This document shows, in pieces, positions 7,315 through 16,398 of a stretch of DNA of 24,433 bases. A program made the translations under genes and the position numbers. This stretch comes from a virus (Duplodnaviria; Caudoviricetes). The first letter of the stretch is position 1; the number at the start of each line of letters is the position of its first letter. The notes under the pieces were generated by a model that was given only the letters and a program-made list of their open reading frames with translations, was not told the DNA's origin and did not search any database. The DNA is taken from positions 1-24,433 of the IMG/VR virus record IMGVR_UViG_3300037424_000176; one strand, written 5' to 3'.

Positions 7315-7461
7315 ATATCAACGCTGTGTAGATTGTTACACTCGTTGTAATCATATACAAAGTGGACGGATGTACGCGGAGTACATCACGTGGACCGGAT
7401 GACCGGGAGCATGGAGGGGCGGGGCCTGCTGACGGACGACAACTGCAAACAAGGAGAAACT

Positions 7462-7731
7462 ATGAACAATCCATTCAAGGCTTTATTGCTGAGCCGCAAG
7501 TTCTGGCTGCTGATACTGGATACTGTGGTGTCGGTAGCCACATTTTTTATTCAGAAGTATCTGGGTGGCGACGGCACTGATTACCTGTTCGTGATTGCTT
7601 CTATCCAGCCCGTATTCGTAATGATGATTGGCGCAATTGCTTACGAGGACGGCAAAAAGAAGGGCGCAACCGTTATTCACCAATATGCACCGATGGAACT
7701 TACCAACGACAACGCTCCCGACTGTGACTAG
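7462..7731 (+). CDS. Holin-like membrane protein
   Basis: AAGGAG SD; SRKFW motif, two hydrophobic helices, AYEDGKKK charged tail. Confidence 0.75.
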   Translation: MNNPFKALLLSRKFWLLILDTVVSVATFFIQKYLGGDGTDYLFVIASIQPVFVMMIGAIAYEDGKKKGATVIHQYAPMELTNDNAPDCD

Positions 7732-7744
7732 AAAGGATACTGCC

Positions 7745-7870
7745 ATGATTGACACCATCCTACTGATTGCCGCCGCCGTGTGCTTTGGTATTGCCGCGTT
7801 CGGTGTGCCCGTGAAAGTAAACGCTGTGGCGCTGGGTCTGCTGTTCTGGGTACTCACCGCGCTAATCTAA
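7745..7870 (+). CDS. 41-aa two-TM membrane protein
   Basis: AAGGA SD; almost entirely hydrophobic. Confidence 0.7.
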   Translation: MIDTILLIAAAVCFGIAAFGVPVKVNAVALGLLFWVLTALI

Positions 7871-7890
7871 AAACAAAGGGGCCTCATCGC

Positions 7891-8220
7891 ATGGAAGCAA
7901 TCCTACTCAAGCTAGTCGACCAGATACCCGTCGCTGTTCTATTCCTGATTGCGGCGGGTTACGCTATTAACAACTTTCAGAAGTTCATCACCAAGCGCGA
8001 CGAACAGTGGCAGGCGTTCTTGATGCAGCAGGAAATCATCAACGACAAGCGCATCGCAGAGCGAGACAAGCAGAGGGAAGCAGACCGCCAGTCCACGGCC
8101 GCCGTGATTGCCGAGATTAGCAGGCTGACTGCCGGTGTCACTGAGTTCCGTAAGGACTTCGACCGGGCCGTAGTCAGGATGGAAGAACGGACCAGGCCGC
8201 GACCGCCAAGCAAGGAATAA
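7891..8220 (+). CDS. Single-TM coiled-coil protein (BhlA-like holin architecture)
   Basis: N-terminal TM then coiled coil; lies in the lysis block. Confidence 0.65.
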   Translation: MEAILLKLVDQIPVAVLFLIAAGYAINNFQKFITKRDEQWQAFLMQQEIINDKRIAERDKQREADRQSTAAVIAEISRLTAGVTEFRKDFDRAVVRMEERTRPRPPSKE

Positions 8221-8231
8221 CGCACCTTACC

Positions 8232-9134
8232 ATGCTAAATAAACTATTCAGGCGGGAGGAACAGCCAACCCATACCAGCGGGCGGGCTATCGTTCCACTT
8301 ATCTCGGATACCCACGGCGGCCACTCTGGGGCGCTGATGAACCCTGACACAGTGCTTGAGCTTGAGGACCAGGAAGGCGAGATTTACGAATACAAGCCCG
8401 AGATGACTGAGATCCAGAAATACCTTTGGAATGTTTACGTGATCGGCCTGGAAGGTATCTCCGCCCTGTCTCGCGGCGATCCGCTTTTTGGTATCCACGA
8501 TGGCGACAACATCGAAGGCGACAAACACCCATCCGAGCTAGTGCGCCCCGAGAAGCACGCTCAATTGCAGATAGCCGTTTACAACTTGCGCCCGTTTTGC
8601 AGTCTACCCGGCATGAGTTATCTCAGGCTAGTCAAGGGCACGGGCGCGCACGAGTTTGGGTTTTCGTCTGCGACTATGGAGATCCTGCGAACCATGCGGC
8701 TGCTGTATCCGGCCATTGACATGAAGGCCATAATGTTGGGGCTGCTGACCATCAACGGGGTAGAGATTGATTACTCCCATCACGGAGCATCGGCAGGCAG
8801 GCGCAAGTGGCTGGAAGGCAACGAGGCCCGCTACTATCTACGTGACCGCATGGTGCGCGACATATCCATGCGCGGCAGGCCCGCCGATATTTACATCCGC
8901 GGCCACTACCACACACCCCTGATTGAGCACCTGCGAGTGGACGGCTTCTGGTCGATCCTGCTGCTCATGCCCAGCATGAAGATTGGCGGGGAGTTTGCGG
9001 CCCAGGCAACCCGCAGCGTACCGAGTATCACCAACGGGCTGGCTGCTCTGGAAATCGAAGGCGGCAAGATCAGGGACGTTCACGAGTTCTATTCATCCGT
9101 GGATATGAGGACCAAGGAGGAGATACTTGTTTAG
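8232..9134 (+). CDS. Metallophosphoesterase-superfamily protein
   Basis: ISDTHGGH, HDGDNIEG, GTGAH, HH, RGHYH. Confidence 0.8.
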   Translation: MLNKLFRREEQPTHTSGRAIVPLISDTHGGHSGALMNPDTVLELEDQEGEIYEYKPEMTEIQKYLWNVYVIGLEGISALSRGDPLFGIHDGDNIEGDKHPSELVRPEKHAQLQIAVYNLRPFCSLPGMSYLRLVKGTGAHEFGFSSATMEILRTMRLLYPAIDMKAIMLGLLTINGVEIDYSHHGASAGRRKWLEGNEARYYLRDRMVRDISMRGRPADIYIRGHYHTPLIEHLRVDGFWSILLLMPSMKIGGEFAAQATRSVPSITNGLAALEIEGGKIRDVHEFYSSVDMRTKEEILV

Positions 9135-9357
9135 CATTGACCAAAAGAAACTATTGGGCGAGGTGCTGGACTTCCTCAACTCCGAATACGAGCGCCCGCC
9201 AGGCTCATTCACGCTTGCGGAGCTGACCGAATACGCCAATGACAACGGGCAGGAGATCACACCCGAGGCCTTACGTGGCAGGCTGCGCAGGCAGGCGAAA
9301 GAGCGTAAGGTTGAGATACTCAAGGTAGGGGGCAGGACATTTTACAGGATAGTGTAA
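9127..9357 (+). CDS. Small winged-helix protein
   Basis: FTLAEL..ITPEALRGRLRR..GGRTFYRI pattern; AAGGAGG SD before TTG. Confidence 0.65.
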   Translation: MFSIDQKKLLGEVLDFLNSEYERPPGSFTLAELTEYANDNGQEITPEALRGRLRRQAKERKVEILKVGGRTFYRIV

Positions 9358-9384
9358 CATGTACAAATTTGTAAAGGATAACAG

Positions 9385-10605
9385 ATGAGCGACCAACTAC
9401 CGAGAGGCTACCTGCACGACTACCGGACTGAGAATATTGCAGACTTCGAGCTGCCCGTTCCGCTCAGTAACCGGATTACCGCATGGCTGACACCCGACCC
9501 GCCTATGGTTATGGGCGTGGATCTCAACCGCTTCCAGGCTGGCGAACTACTGGACGCTAAGGCCATGTACAACAGCGGCATCCGCTTTGCCATACTAGAG
9601 GCGACCTGGGGGTTATGGCAGCCGCCAACGTTCAAAGAGTTCTGGCCCAAGCTGGTGGACGCCGGGATCATCGTGCTTGGATATGGCTTCTTTCGCGGCG
9701 ACCAGGCAGGCAGCGCCCAGGCTGACCTGCTATTAGAGACCATCTACCCGGCCTACGAAGCGCAGGGCTTTTGGATGCCGTTATTCTCGGACGTTGAGAA
9801 GTTCGCCGGTGACACCGCCACCGTGCCCAACCGCCTGATTAACTGGCGGGCATGGATCAAAGAGATCGGGCTCGAAGTAACCCCCGGCTCCTACTCCAAC
9901 ATTCCAAGCTGGCAAACGTTGATGAACAACGAGCCGCTACCCTCTGACTGCCTGGGCTGGACGGCGCACTACACCAGCGTCACGCAGCCGCTCATCCCGG
10001 TTGGCTGGACGCGAGCGCAGACACCGTTCCACCAGTACGGCGTGGCTACCAAGTACAGCTGGTGCCCGCCCGTGCCCGGCATGGCCTCGGACGTGGACGT
10101 TGACCGCTTCTATGGCGACTTCAACTGGCTGATGGCGTTGAGTAAGGACATCGAACAGCCGCTGCCTCCACCCCCGCCGCCCGTCGACCTGCAACCGATA
10201 CTGGCCAGGCTGGACGCGCTGGAGGCTACGCAAGGCGACACGGTGCGCCTCATGTCCGACATGCAGGACGAGCTAGACGAACTGGATGCGCGGGTGGACA
10301 TCTTAGAGAACCCGCTACCACCCCCGCCGCCCGTCACCCCGCCCGCGCAGACCTGGGCGCAGGTGCGCGTGACGCGTGACCCTGGCGCTAATGCTTTCCA
10401 TGCGCTGACGAACAACGCCAATGGCTTCCCGATCATGGTGGCCTACACGCCGCAGATACAGTTCAAGCTGGGGCTGGTGCTGGACGTGTACCCAGACAAA
10501 GTTGACGCGGACGGATCGATTGACTTCTGGAAGCTGGCCCCGGCGCACGTGCCAGCCAATGCGCCCGCGCTGTACGTGAGAGCGGACAACGTGGTGAAGG
10601 TGTGA
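9385..10605 (+). CDS. GH25 muramidase endolysin with Pro linkers, coiled coil and C-terminal binding domain
   Basis: GVDLNRFQ, DVE (DxE), WTAHY, FHQY, DVDVDRFYG. Confidence 0.85.
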   Translation: MSDQLPRGYLHDYRTENIADFELPVPLSNRITAWLTPDPPMVMGVDLNRFQAGELLDAKAMYNSGIRFAILEATWGLWQPPTFKEFWPKLVDAGIIVLGYGFFRGDQAGSAQADLLLETIYPAYEAQGFWMPLFSDVEKFAGDTATVPNRLINWRAWIKEIGLEVTPGSYSNIPSWQTLMNNEPLPSDCLGWTAHYTSVTQPLIPVGWTRAQTPFHQYGVATKYSWCPPVPGMASDVDVDRFYGDFNWLMALSKDIEQPLPPPPPPVDLQPILARLDALEATQGDTVRLMSDMQDELDELDARVDILENPLPPPPPVTPPAQTWAQVRVTRDPGANAFHALTNNANGFPIMVAYTPQIQFKLGLVLDVYPDKVDADGSIDFWKLAPAHVPANAPALYVRADNVVKV

Positions 10606-10613
10606 GGTGAGAC

Positions 10614-10742
10614 ATGGATGACATAAATGCCATAATCTTTGTTTTGTGGCCGATATACGTTTGGCTAATATATCCCCCATATCCAACGATTATATTGTTC
10701 GAGAATGGAAAGTTTACATTTAGGATGGACGTGGGAGGGTGA
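10614..10742 (+). CDS. 42-aa AT-rich membrane peptide (MDDINAIIFVLWPIYVWLIYPPYPTIILFENGKFTFRMDVGG)
   Basis: GAGGTG SD; fills the gap before the next gene; below the ORF track cutoff. Confidence 0.45.
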   Translation: MDDINAIIFVLWPIYVWLIYPPYPTIILFENGKFTFRMDVGG

Positions 10743-10746
10743 GAGC

Positions 10747-11748
10747 ATGAGACGACAGCTAGATATACCGATGATGATGACGCAGATGGGGGGAGGGTTT
10801 CATCTGCCCTTTAGTGTGGATTTCACCGGCCTGACATCTGTTCCTGCCCCGTTCGCCGGGGCCAATCTATCTATAGCTGCCGGTAAGCTGATTGTTACGC
10901 CGACGTTGGGCGCTAACCTGCTTATCAATCCCACCTTTACAAGCTGGACAACCGACAATCCTAACAGCTGGTCAGCTACCGAATCGCCTCCCACCACAGA
11001 AATATCAGAGGTTGGGACTGGCGAGGGTCACGGCGGGGCGGGCACGGGGATGTGCAATGTCTACTCATCCGATGGCACGTTTGTGGTGATCTGGCAAACG
11101 GTGCTGACGGCAGGGCTATGGTACTGGGCAAACCTCGTAATCAATACCGTAGTTGCCGGTGGAATATCGCTGATCGAAAGCAATGCAAACGCCATAAAAG
11201 ACTACACCACAGCGGCAAGCCCAACGATAACCTTCCCGTCCCTTAGCGGCGCAAGCCCCGGTCGTTTCGATATTCGGCGACTTGCCGGAGGCGCAGCAGA
11301 CGTAACCATCGACAACACAGTTGTGAAAGCAATCACGACAACCACGCTTCTGGCTGCTGGTGTGCCGCAAACAAATACGCCAAACGTGATTGTAAAGGCT
11401 GGCTGGACGCTGACCGCGGACCTGCCTGCCGGAACGATTGCTCGCCTGGATAGTACCAGCAACCCACAGAACTTTCTATTGGCCTGTCACGACAGGACAA
11501 ACGCTCGACTATACAAGTGTGTCAGCGGCACGTACACCAAGTTAGTGGATGCGGCGGCAGCTTATTCCGCGGGCGCAGATGTCGAGATACGCTGCAATGG
11601 GGAAACCGTGCAGCTCTACTACAACGATGTTCAAATCGGGGCAGACCAGACCGTCTCCGATGCTGCGCTCCTCGATGGCGGATATAACCTACCCTGGTCC
11701 ACCAGCGCGGCCAATGCCTGCGGGAGTTTTTCAATCGCCCCTTTTTGA
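10747..11748 (+). CDS. Beta-rich CBM/lectin-like protein, possibly virion-associated
   Basis: GGAGG SD before ATG 10747; NLLINPTF..W CBM-like start; T/A/G/S-rich. Confidence 0.65.
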   Translation: MRRQLDIPMMMTQMGGGFHLPFSVDFTGLTSVPAPFAGANLSIAAGKLIVTPTLGANLLINPTFTSWTTDNPNSWSATESPPTTEISEVGTGEGHGGAGTGMCNVYSSDGTFVVIWQTVLTAGLWYWANLVINTVVAGGISLIESNANAIKDYTTAASPTITFPSLSGASPGRFDIRRLAGGAADVTIDNTVVKAITTTTLLAAGVPQTNTPNVIVKAGWTLTADLPAGTIARLDSTSNPQNFLLACHDRTNARLYKCVSGTYTKLVDAAAAYSAGADVEIRCNGETVQLYYNDVQIGADQTVSDAALLDGGYNLPWSTSAANACGSFSIAPF

Positions 11749-11787
11749 GCAGCCCTGGTACTGTCGCAACCTCCCCGTACCAGGGCT
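11722..11787 (+). promoter_or_regulatory. Putative -1 programmed ribosomal frameshift signal
   Basis: GGGAG (11722-11726); in-frame C_CCT_TTT heptamer (11739-11745) directly before TGA; 5-nt spacer; perfect 11-bp stem 11751-11761/11777-11787; next ORF is in the -1 frame. Confidence 0.6.
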
Positions 11788-12617
11788 ATACAGGAGCGGA
11801 AACGGCCTACAAAGGGTCTTTGCATTGCCACACGAACGAGAGCGATGGTGAGGGTACGCCGACCGAGTTAGCGACGGCATACGAGGCCGCTGATTACGAC
11901 TGGGTATGCGCTACCGATCACGATTTCTTGACTGCTGATACACCAACCGCCGATCCTGGGGTGCCTGGGATAGTATGGATATTAGGACTGGAGGAAACGG
12001 TAACCCTGAACGAGCACAGCGCCCACATTGCGGTAGGCAACATCGCAGCGGGCGATCCTGGGGCAGGCACTCCGCAAGACGCCATTGATAACGCTCCCTA
12101 TGCTCAGCTTGCCCACCCCTGGAGCGTAATCGGGCCACCAGCCGCACACTTTACGGATGCAGAAATGCTGGCGCTGACCGGATACGAGAGCATCGAGGTT
12201 ACCGATCCTATCGATCCAACGGGGTGGGACGTGGTGCTGACGGCGGGGATGCAGGTAGGTGGCGCTCCTACAGACGATGCCCATACGCTGACGGCTTACG
12301 GTACTCTCGCACGCTACTATGTTTACGCTGATGCGCTCACGGTGGGCGGGATCATTGCTGCGTTGCAGGCGCTTGCGTGGTACGCCACTCAAGGGCCGAC
12401 CCTGACCATCTCCGATGATGGCACTCGCTTACTGGTGACCACTCCAACCGCAGCGGACTTTACGTTCATTGGTTCGGGAGGCGCGACCCTAAAGACAGCG
12501 GTGAACGCAACCGCTGTCAGCTACCACTACCACAGCAGCGATGGTTACGTACGGTGTGTGGTAAAGCGATTGAGTGATAACAAATATGCCTGGACTAATG
12601 CGATATTTATCAACTAG
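11745..12617 (+). CDS. PHP-family phosphoesterase (CehA/McbA-like)
   Basis: YKGSLHCHT..SDG, ATDH, E..H, AHP, DDAH, GYVRC..AWTNAIF. Confidence 0.85.
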   Translation: MSSPGTVATSPYQGYTGAETAYKGSLHCHTNESDGEGTPTELATAYEAADYDWVCATDHDFLTADTPTADPGVPGIVWILGLEETVTLNEHSAHIAVGNIAAGDPGAGTPQDAIDNAPYAQLAHPWSVIGPPAAHFTDAEMLALTGYESIEVTDPIDPTGWDVVLTAGMQVGGAPTDDAHTLTAYGTLARYYVYADALTVGGIIAALQALAWYATQGPTLTISDDGTRLLVTTPTAADFTFIGSGGATLKTAVNATAVSYHYHSSDGYVRCVVKRLSDNKYAWTNAIFIN

Positions 12618-12725
12618 GGTGCTGGCCGTGGGGCTGTGGCAGGGGCGGCGTGAGTAAGCGGCGGCTGACGTTCATTGAGTGGATAAGGCGGAGGTATGTG
12701 AGACGTGATGGACGGAAGGTAGGAC

Positions 12726-13241
12726 GTGGCTCTAACAAACAAACAGCGCGTGTTCGTAAGTGAATACCTCAGGTGCTGGAACGCAACGGAGGCAGCTTTG
12801 CGCGCTGGTTACTCGGAGAGGACGGCATACTCACACGGTGCTCGATTGTTGAAAGATGTTGAAATTTCTGAGCTGATCCAGACCCGTCTCGAAGAAATAC
12901 ACATGGGCGCAGACGAAGCCCTGGCGCTGCTGGCAGACCAGGCACGCGGCGACATTGGCGAGTTTATGGACGTTTCACGGATGGGTTTCAACTTGCAGCT
13001 ACTTGACGAAAACGGCAACCGCAAGAATACCCGCGTCATTCGCAAGATCAAACAAAAGACGACTATGTTTATCGCTAAGAATGAAAGCGATGAAGATAGG
13101 GAAGTGCATGAGATCGAGATCGAGTTATACGATGCGCAGGCGGCTATCGACAAGGTGCTGAGGGTACAAGGCAAGTACAAGGATAGTATGGATTTGAACG
13201 TCCGATCTTACGAAGTCAAAATAACGGATGAAGAAGAATGA
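12726..13241 (+). CDS. terS: Terminase small subunit
   Basis: LTNKQRVFVSEYL..NATEAALRAGYSERTA..GARLL. Confidence 0.93.
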   Translation: MALTNKQRVFVSEYLRCWNATEAALRAGYSERTAYSHGARLLKDVEISELIQTRLEEIHMGADEALALLADQARGDIGEFMDVSRMGFNLQLLDENGNRKNTRVIRKIKQKTTMFIAKNESDEDREVHEIEIELYDAQAAIDKVLRVQGKYKDSMDLNVRSYEVKITDEEE

Positions 13242-14496
13242 CGTAGTTCCAGTAAGCATCCAGCGCAAGGCTTTCAACGATGCTTACTTTTCGCACCTTA
13301 CAAACTACGCTCGTATTCAGATACTTTACGGCGGGTCGTCATCTGGTAAAAGCGTATTCTTGGCACAACGAACCGTGTGGGACATCTTGAAGGGTGGGCG
13401 CAACTATCTCGTTTGTAGGGCTGTCGCCAAAACAATCAAGAAATCAACCTTTGAGGAAATCAAGAAGGTTATCGCCGCTTGGGGTATGTTGGCAGAGTTC
13501 AAAATCAACGAAACGGACTTCACAATAACCTGCCGTAATGGGTATCAAATAATATTTGCCGGCCTGGATGATATTGAAAAACTGAAATCCATAACGCCAG
13601 CGGTCGGTGTGATTACTGACGTTTGGGTGGAAGAAGCGACTGAAACCGAAAAGAACGACATCAAGCAATTGTTGAAGCGGCAGCGTGGAGGAAGCGCCCA
13701 GACACCCAAGCGGCTTACGATGTCCTTCAATCCGATCCTACAAAGTCATTGGATCTACGAGGAGTATTTCAGCGGCATTGCCTGGGCAGACGACCAGACT
13801 GAGTATAACGGCGAAAAGCTGACCATCCTAAAAACGACCTATAAGGACAACCGCTTTTTACCGCCCGATGATATTGATGACCTTGAAAGCGAAACCGATA
13901 AATACTATTACGAGGTTTACACAAGAGGCAACTGGGGGGTGTTGGGTAACGTCATCTTCACCAACTGGGAAGTGCGCGACTTGAGCGAGATGGTCGACCA
14001 GTTTACAAACAGGCGCAACGGGCTCGACTTCGGGTTTAGCAGCGATCCGGCGGCTATTAGCCGGTCGCATTATGACCGCAACCACAAGACCATTTATATC
14101 TTTGATGAACTTTACGAATTGGGTCTGACTAATGACGTTTTAGCGGTCGACATCAAGGAGATGATAGGGCAGGATTACATCACCTGTGACAGTGCTGAGC
14201 CTAAGTCAATAGCGGAGCTACAGCGCCACGGGGTGAACGCCCTCGCAGCTAAGAAGGGCAAAGACAGCGTAATCTTCGGTATTCAATGGCTACAGCAGCA
14301 GCGCATCGTTATTGATAAAAAGTGTGTCAAGGCCAAGAATGAATTTATGCAAGCCAAGTGGAAAGAAGACAAAGACGGTAATGCTATCCGGCAGCCGGTC
14401 GACAAAAACAATCACTATATAGATGCGACGCGCTACGCATACGAACAAGACAGCATGGCGTCTGTCGTCACTGTTGTTGCAAACCCGTTCTACTAG
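13228..14496 (+). CDS. terL: Terminase large subunit (PBSX/SPP1 type)
   Basis: Walker A YGGSSSGKS, Walker B WVEEATE, SFNP, GLDFGF..DP, CDSAEP, NHYIDATRY. Confidence 0.96.
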   Translation: MKKNDVVPVSIQRKAFNDAYFSHLTNYARIQILYGGSSSGKSVFLAQRTVWDILKGGRNYLVCRAVAKTIKKSTFEEIKKVIAAWGMLAEFKINETDFTITCRNGYQIIFAGLDDIEKLKSITPAVGVITDVWVEEATETEKNDIKQLLKRQRGGSAQTPKRLTMSFNPILQSHWIYEEYFSGIAWADDQTEYNGEKLTILKTTYKDNRFLPPDDIDDLESETDKYYYEVYTRGNWGVLGNVIFTNWEVRDLSEMVDQFTNRRNGLDFGFSSDPAAISRSHYDRNHKTIYIFDELYELGLTNDVLAVDIKEMIGQDYITCDSAEPKSIAELQRHGVNALAAKKGKDSVIFGIQWLQQQRIVIDKKCVKAKNEFMQAKWKEDKDGNAIRQPVDKNNHYIDATRYAYEQDSMASVVTVVANPFY

Positions 14497-14505
14497 AGGT
14501 AAAAC

Positions 14506-15936
14506 ATGGGAATTAGAGATAATTTATCACGGATAATGAATAACCTGATCCACCTTGACGAGTGGCTGTCCAATCCTGCCACACGCGAGCGGGTTGAGCA
14601 CATCGCCAAACAGCGCGACTACTACAACGGCGACCATGACCGCCAGGTGATCGTCAAGCCCAATCAGCGCAACTACAACATGACCGTCAATTATACCGGG
14701 CTGATTATCGAGCGCGGTGTATCCATGCTGCTGGGGGAGGGGATCGAGTTTGACCTCGAAGGTGAGGACGAAACACCTGAGCAGGCGCTCATCAACGAAA
14801 CCTGGGATGCCAATAAAAAAGACATCCTGCTGCACAAGCAAGCCCAGTTCGGAGGCATCTCCGGCACATGCTACGTCAAGCTGCAACCAGACGGCGTGGA
14901 AAGCCGCATGAGCGATAACAAGCTGCTGGTGCGCATCATCCCGCTTGACCCGCTGTACATGCGAATCGAGACTGACCCGGAGGACATTGACACCGTTATC
15001 CGCTACGTGATGGAGTTCACCATCCAGGACCCTGTGTCGGGCGACAAGATGCAGCGCCGCGAGACGACCGAGCGCAACAGGCTTCCGACTGAGCAAGACG
15101 GTGAGGTTGTTAGATTTGAGGATAACGGCTGGACAATCATAAACGAGAAAAAAGACAGTTCGACCCACTGGAAGTGGAAACCGATGGGGGCAGATGAGTT
15201 CTGGGAATACGAGTTCCCGCCCATCCTCCACTGGCAGAATTTACCATTGGCCGGCAGCGTGTACGGCAAGCCTGATGTGACGGACGACATGATCGAGCTG
15301 CAAGACGGCATCAACTTCAACACGGCCAACATCCAGAAGATCATCGACTTGCACGCGCATCCGAAGACCTGGGCGACCGGCTTCACGCTGCCTACGGTAA
15401 ACGCGTCCTGGGGTGTTGACGAAATGGTAACGACCCCGAGCGACATGGCGAAGTTCGGCAATCTTGAGATGCAATCCGACCTGACCAGCTCGCAGCAGTT
15501 CCTTCTCTCCCTGCGTCAATCCATGTTCGACATTGGCCGCACGGTAGACATCACCAGCCTGAGTGACAAACTTGGCGCGCTGACCAACTTCGGCTTGCGA
15601 GTGCTGTTCTTTGACGCTCTGGCTAAACTCGGAAGCAAGCGTGAACTATACAGCGAGGCGCTGGCAGAAATCAATCATAGAATACTTGTTCTAGCCGGGG
15701 CGAAAAACACGGACGGCGGTACTGTGGTATGGCCTGAGGCGCTGCCGGTGAGCGAGACGGAGGAGGCGCAGGCTGACCAGTTCGACTTACAGAACGGGAT
15801 CGCCAGCAAGCAGACGATAGCAGCCAAGCGCGGCTATGACTGGGAGCTTGAGCAAGAGCGCATGGGCGATGAACAGGCGCAAGGCGACAACATTGGAGCG
15901 CTGATATTAAAGAACTTCAACAACGGAGGCGTGTGA
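14506..15936 (+). CDS. Portal protein (SPP1 gp6-like)
   Basis: Follows terL; YYNGDH, NYTGLII, GIASKQT..ELEQERM; 476 aa. Confidence 0.9.
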   Translation: MGIRDNLSRIMNNLIHLDEWLSNPATRERVEHIAKQRDYYNGDHDRQVIVKPNQRNYNMTVNYTGLIIERGVSMLLGEGIEFDLEGEDETPEQALINETWDANKKDILLHKQAQFGGISGTCYVKLQPDGVESRMSDNKLLVRIIPLDPLYMRIETDPEDIDTVIRYVMEFTIQDPVSGDKMQRRETTERNRLPTEQDGEVVRFEDNGWTIINEKKDSSTHWKWKPMGADEFWEYEFPPILHWQNLPLAGSVYGKPDVTDDMIELQDGINFNTANIQKIIDLHAHPKTWATGFTLPTVNASWGVDEMVTTPSDMAKFGNLEMQSDLTSSQQFLLSLRQSMFDIGRTVDITSLSDKLGALTNFGLRVLFFDALAKLGSKRELYSEALAEINHRILVLAGAKNTDGGTVVWPEALPVSETEEAQADQFDLQNGIASKQTIAAKRGYDWELEQERMGDEQAQGDNIGALILKNFNNGGV

Positions 15937-16092
15937 TTTACGGTTGTGATAACAATGGAAAAAGAAAGCAAGAGGCTATTTTAGGCGTAAATTCATGCTT
16001 TCGATAATGATAGTTATCGAAACCATGAAATGAAAAGGGAACAAATGAGCGGCAAAACCGCTCCCCTACCAACTTACTAAGGAGATTTACAA

Positions 16093-16398
16093 ATGCCACA
16101 ACACTTTCCAGACGACGGTCCCTTGACCAACAAAAGCAGCTACCTGAGCGGCACCGCTTGCGCTTGCGGCACGGTCTCAACCCAGGTTCCTGTGCCTGCC
16201 GGCGCATCCTTCGCCATGATCCATGCCGAAGGCGGCAAAGGCTACTGGAACACCAACGGCACGGTAGCTGGCACCGCCTCCCCTGGCTACGTCGCGGCTG
16301 ACCAGACCGGGCTTATCCCGCCGGTCGACAACCTGAGCGCCCTGTATGTTTATGGCGAGGCTGCCACGATTATGCACGTTGAGTTCTACCAGGACTGA
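16093..16398 (+). CDS. Small beta-rich putative structural protein
   Basis: AAGGAG SD; lies between portal and minor head genes. Confidence 0.7.
   Translation: MPQHFPDDGPLTNKSSYLSGTACACGTVSTQVPVPAGASFAMIHAEGGKGYWNTNGTVAGTASPGYVAADQTGLIPPVDNLSALYVYGEAATIMHVEFYQD

Noticed and set aside
12650-12763. Arg-rich short ORF before terS
   Set aside because: Weak SD, overlaps terS, and has no motif support.
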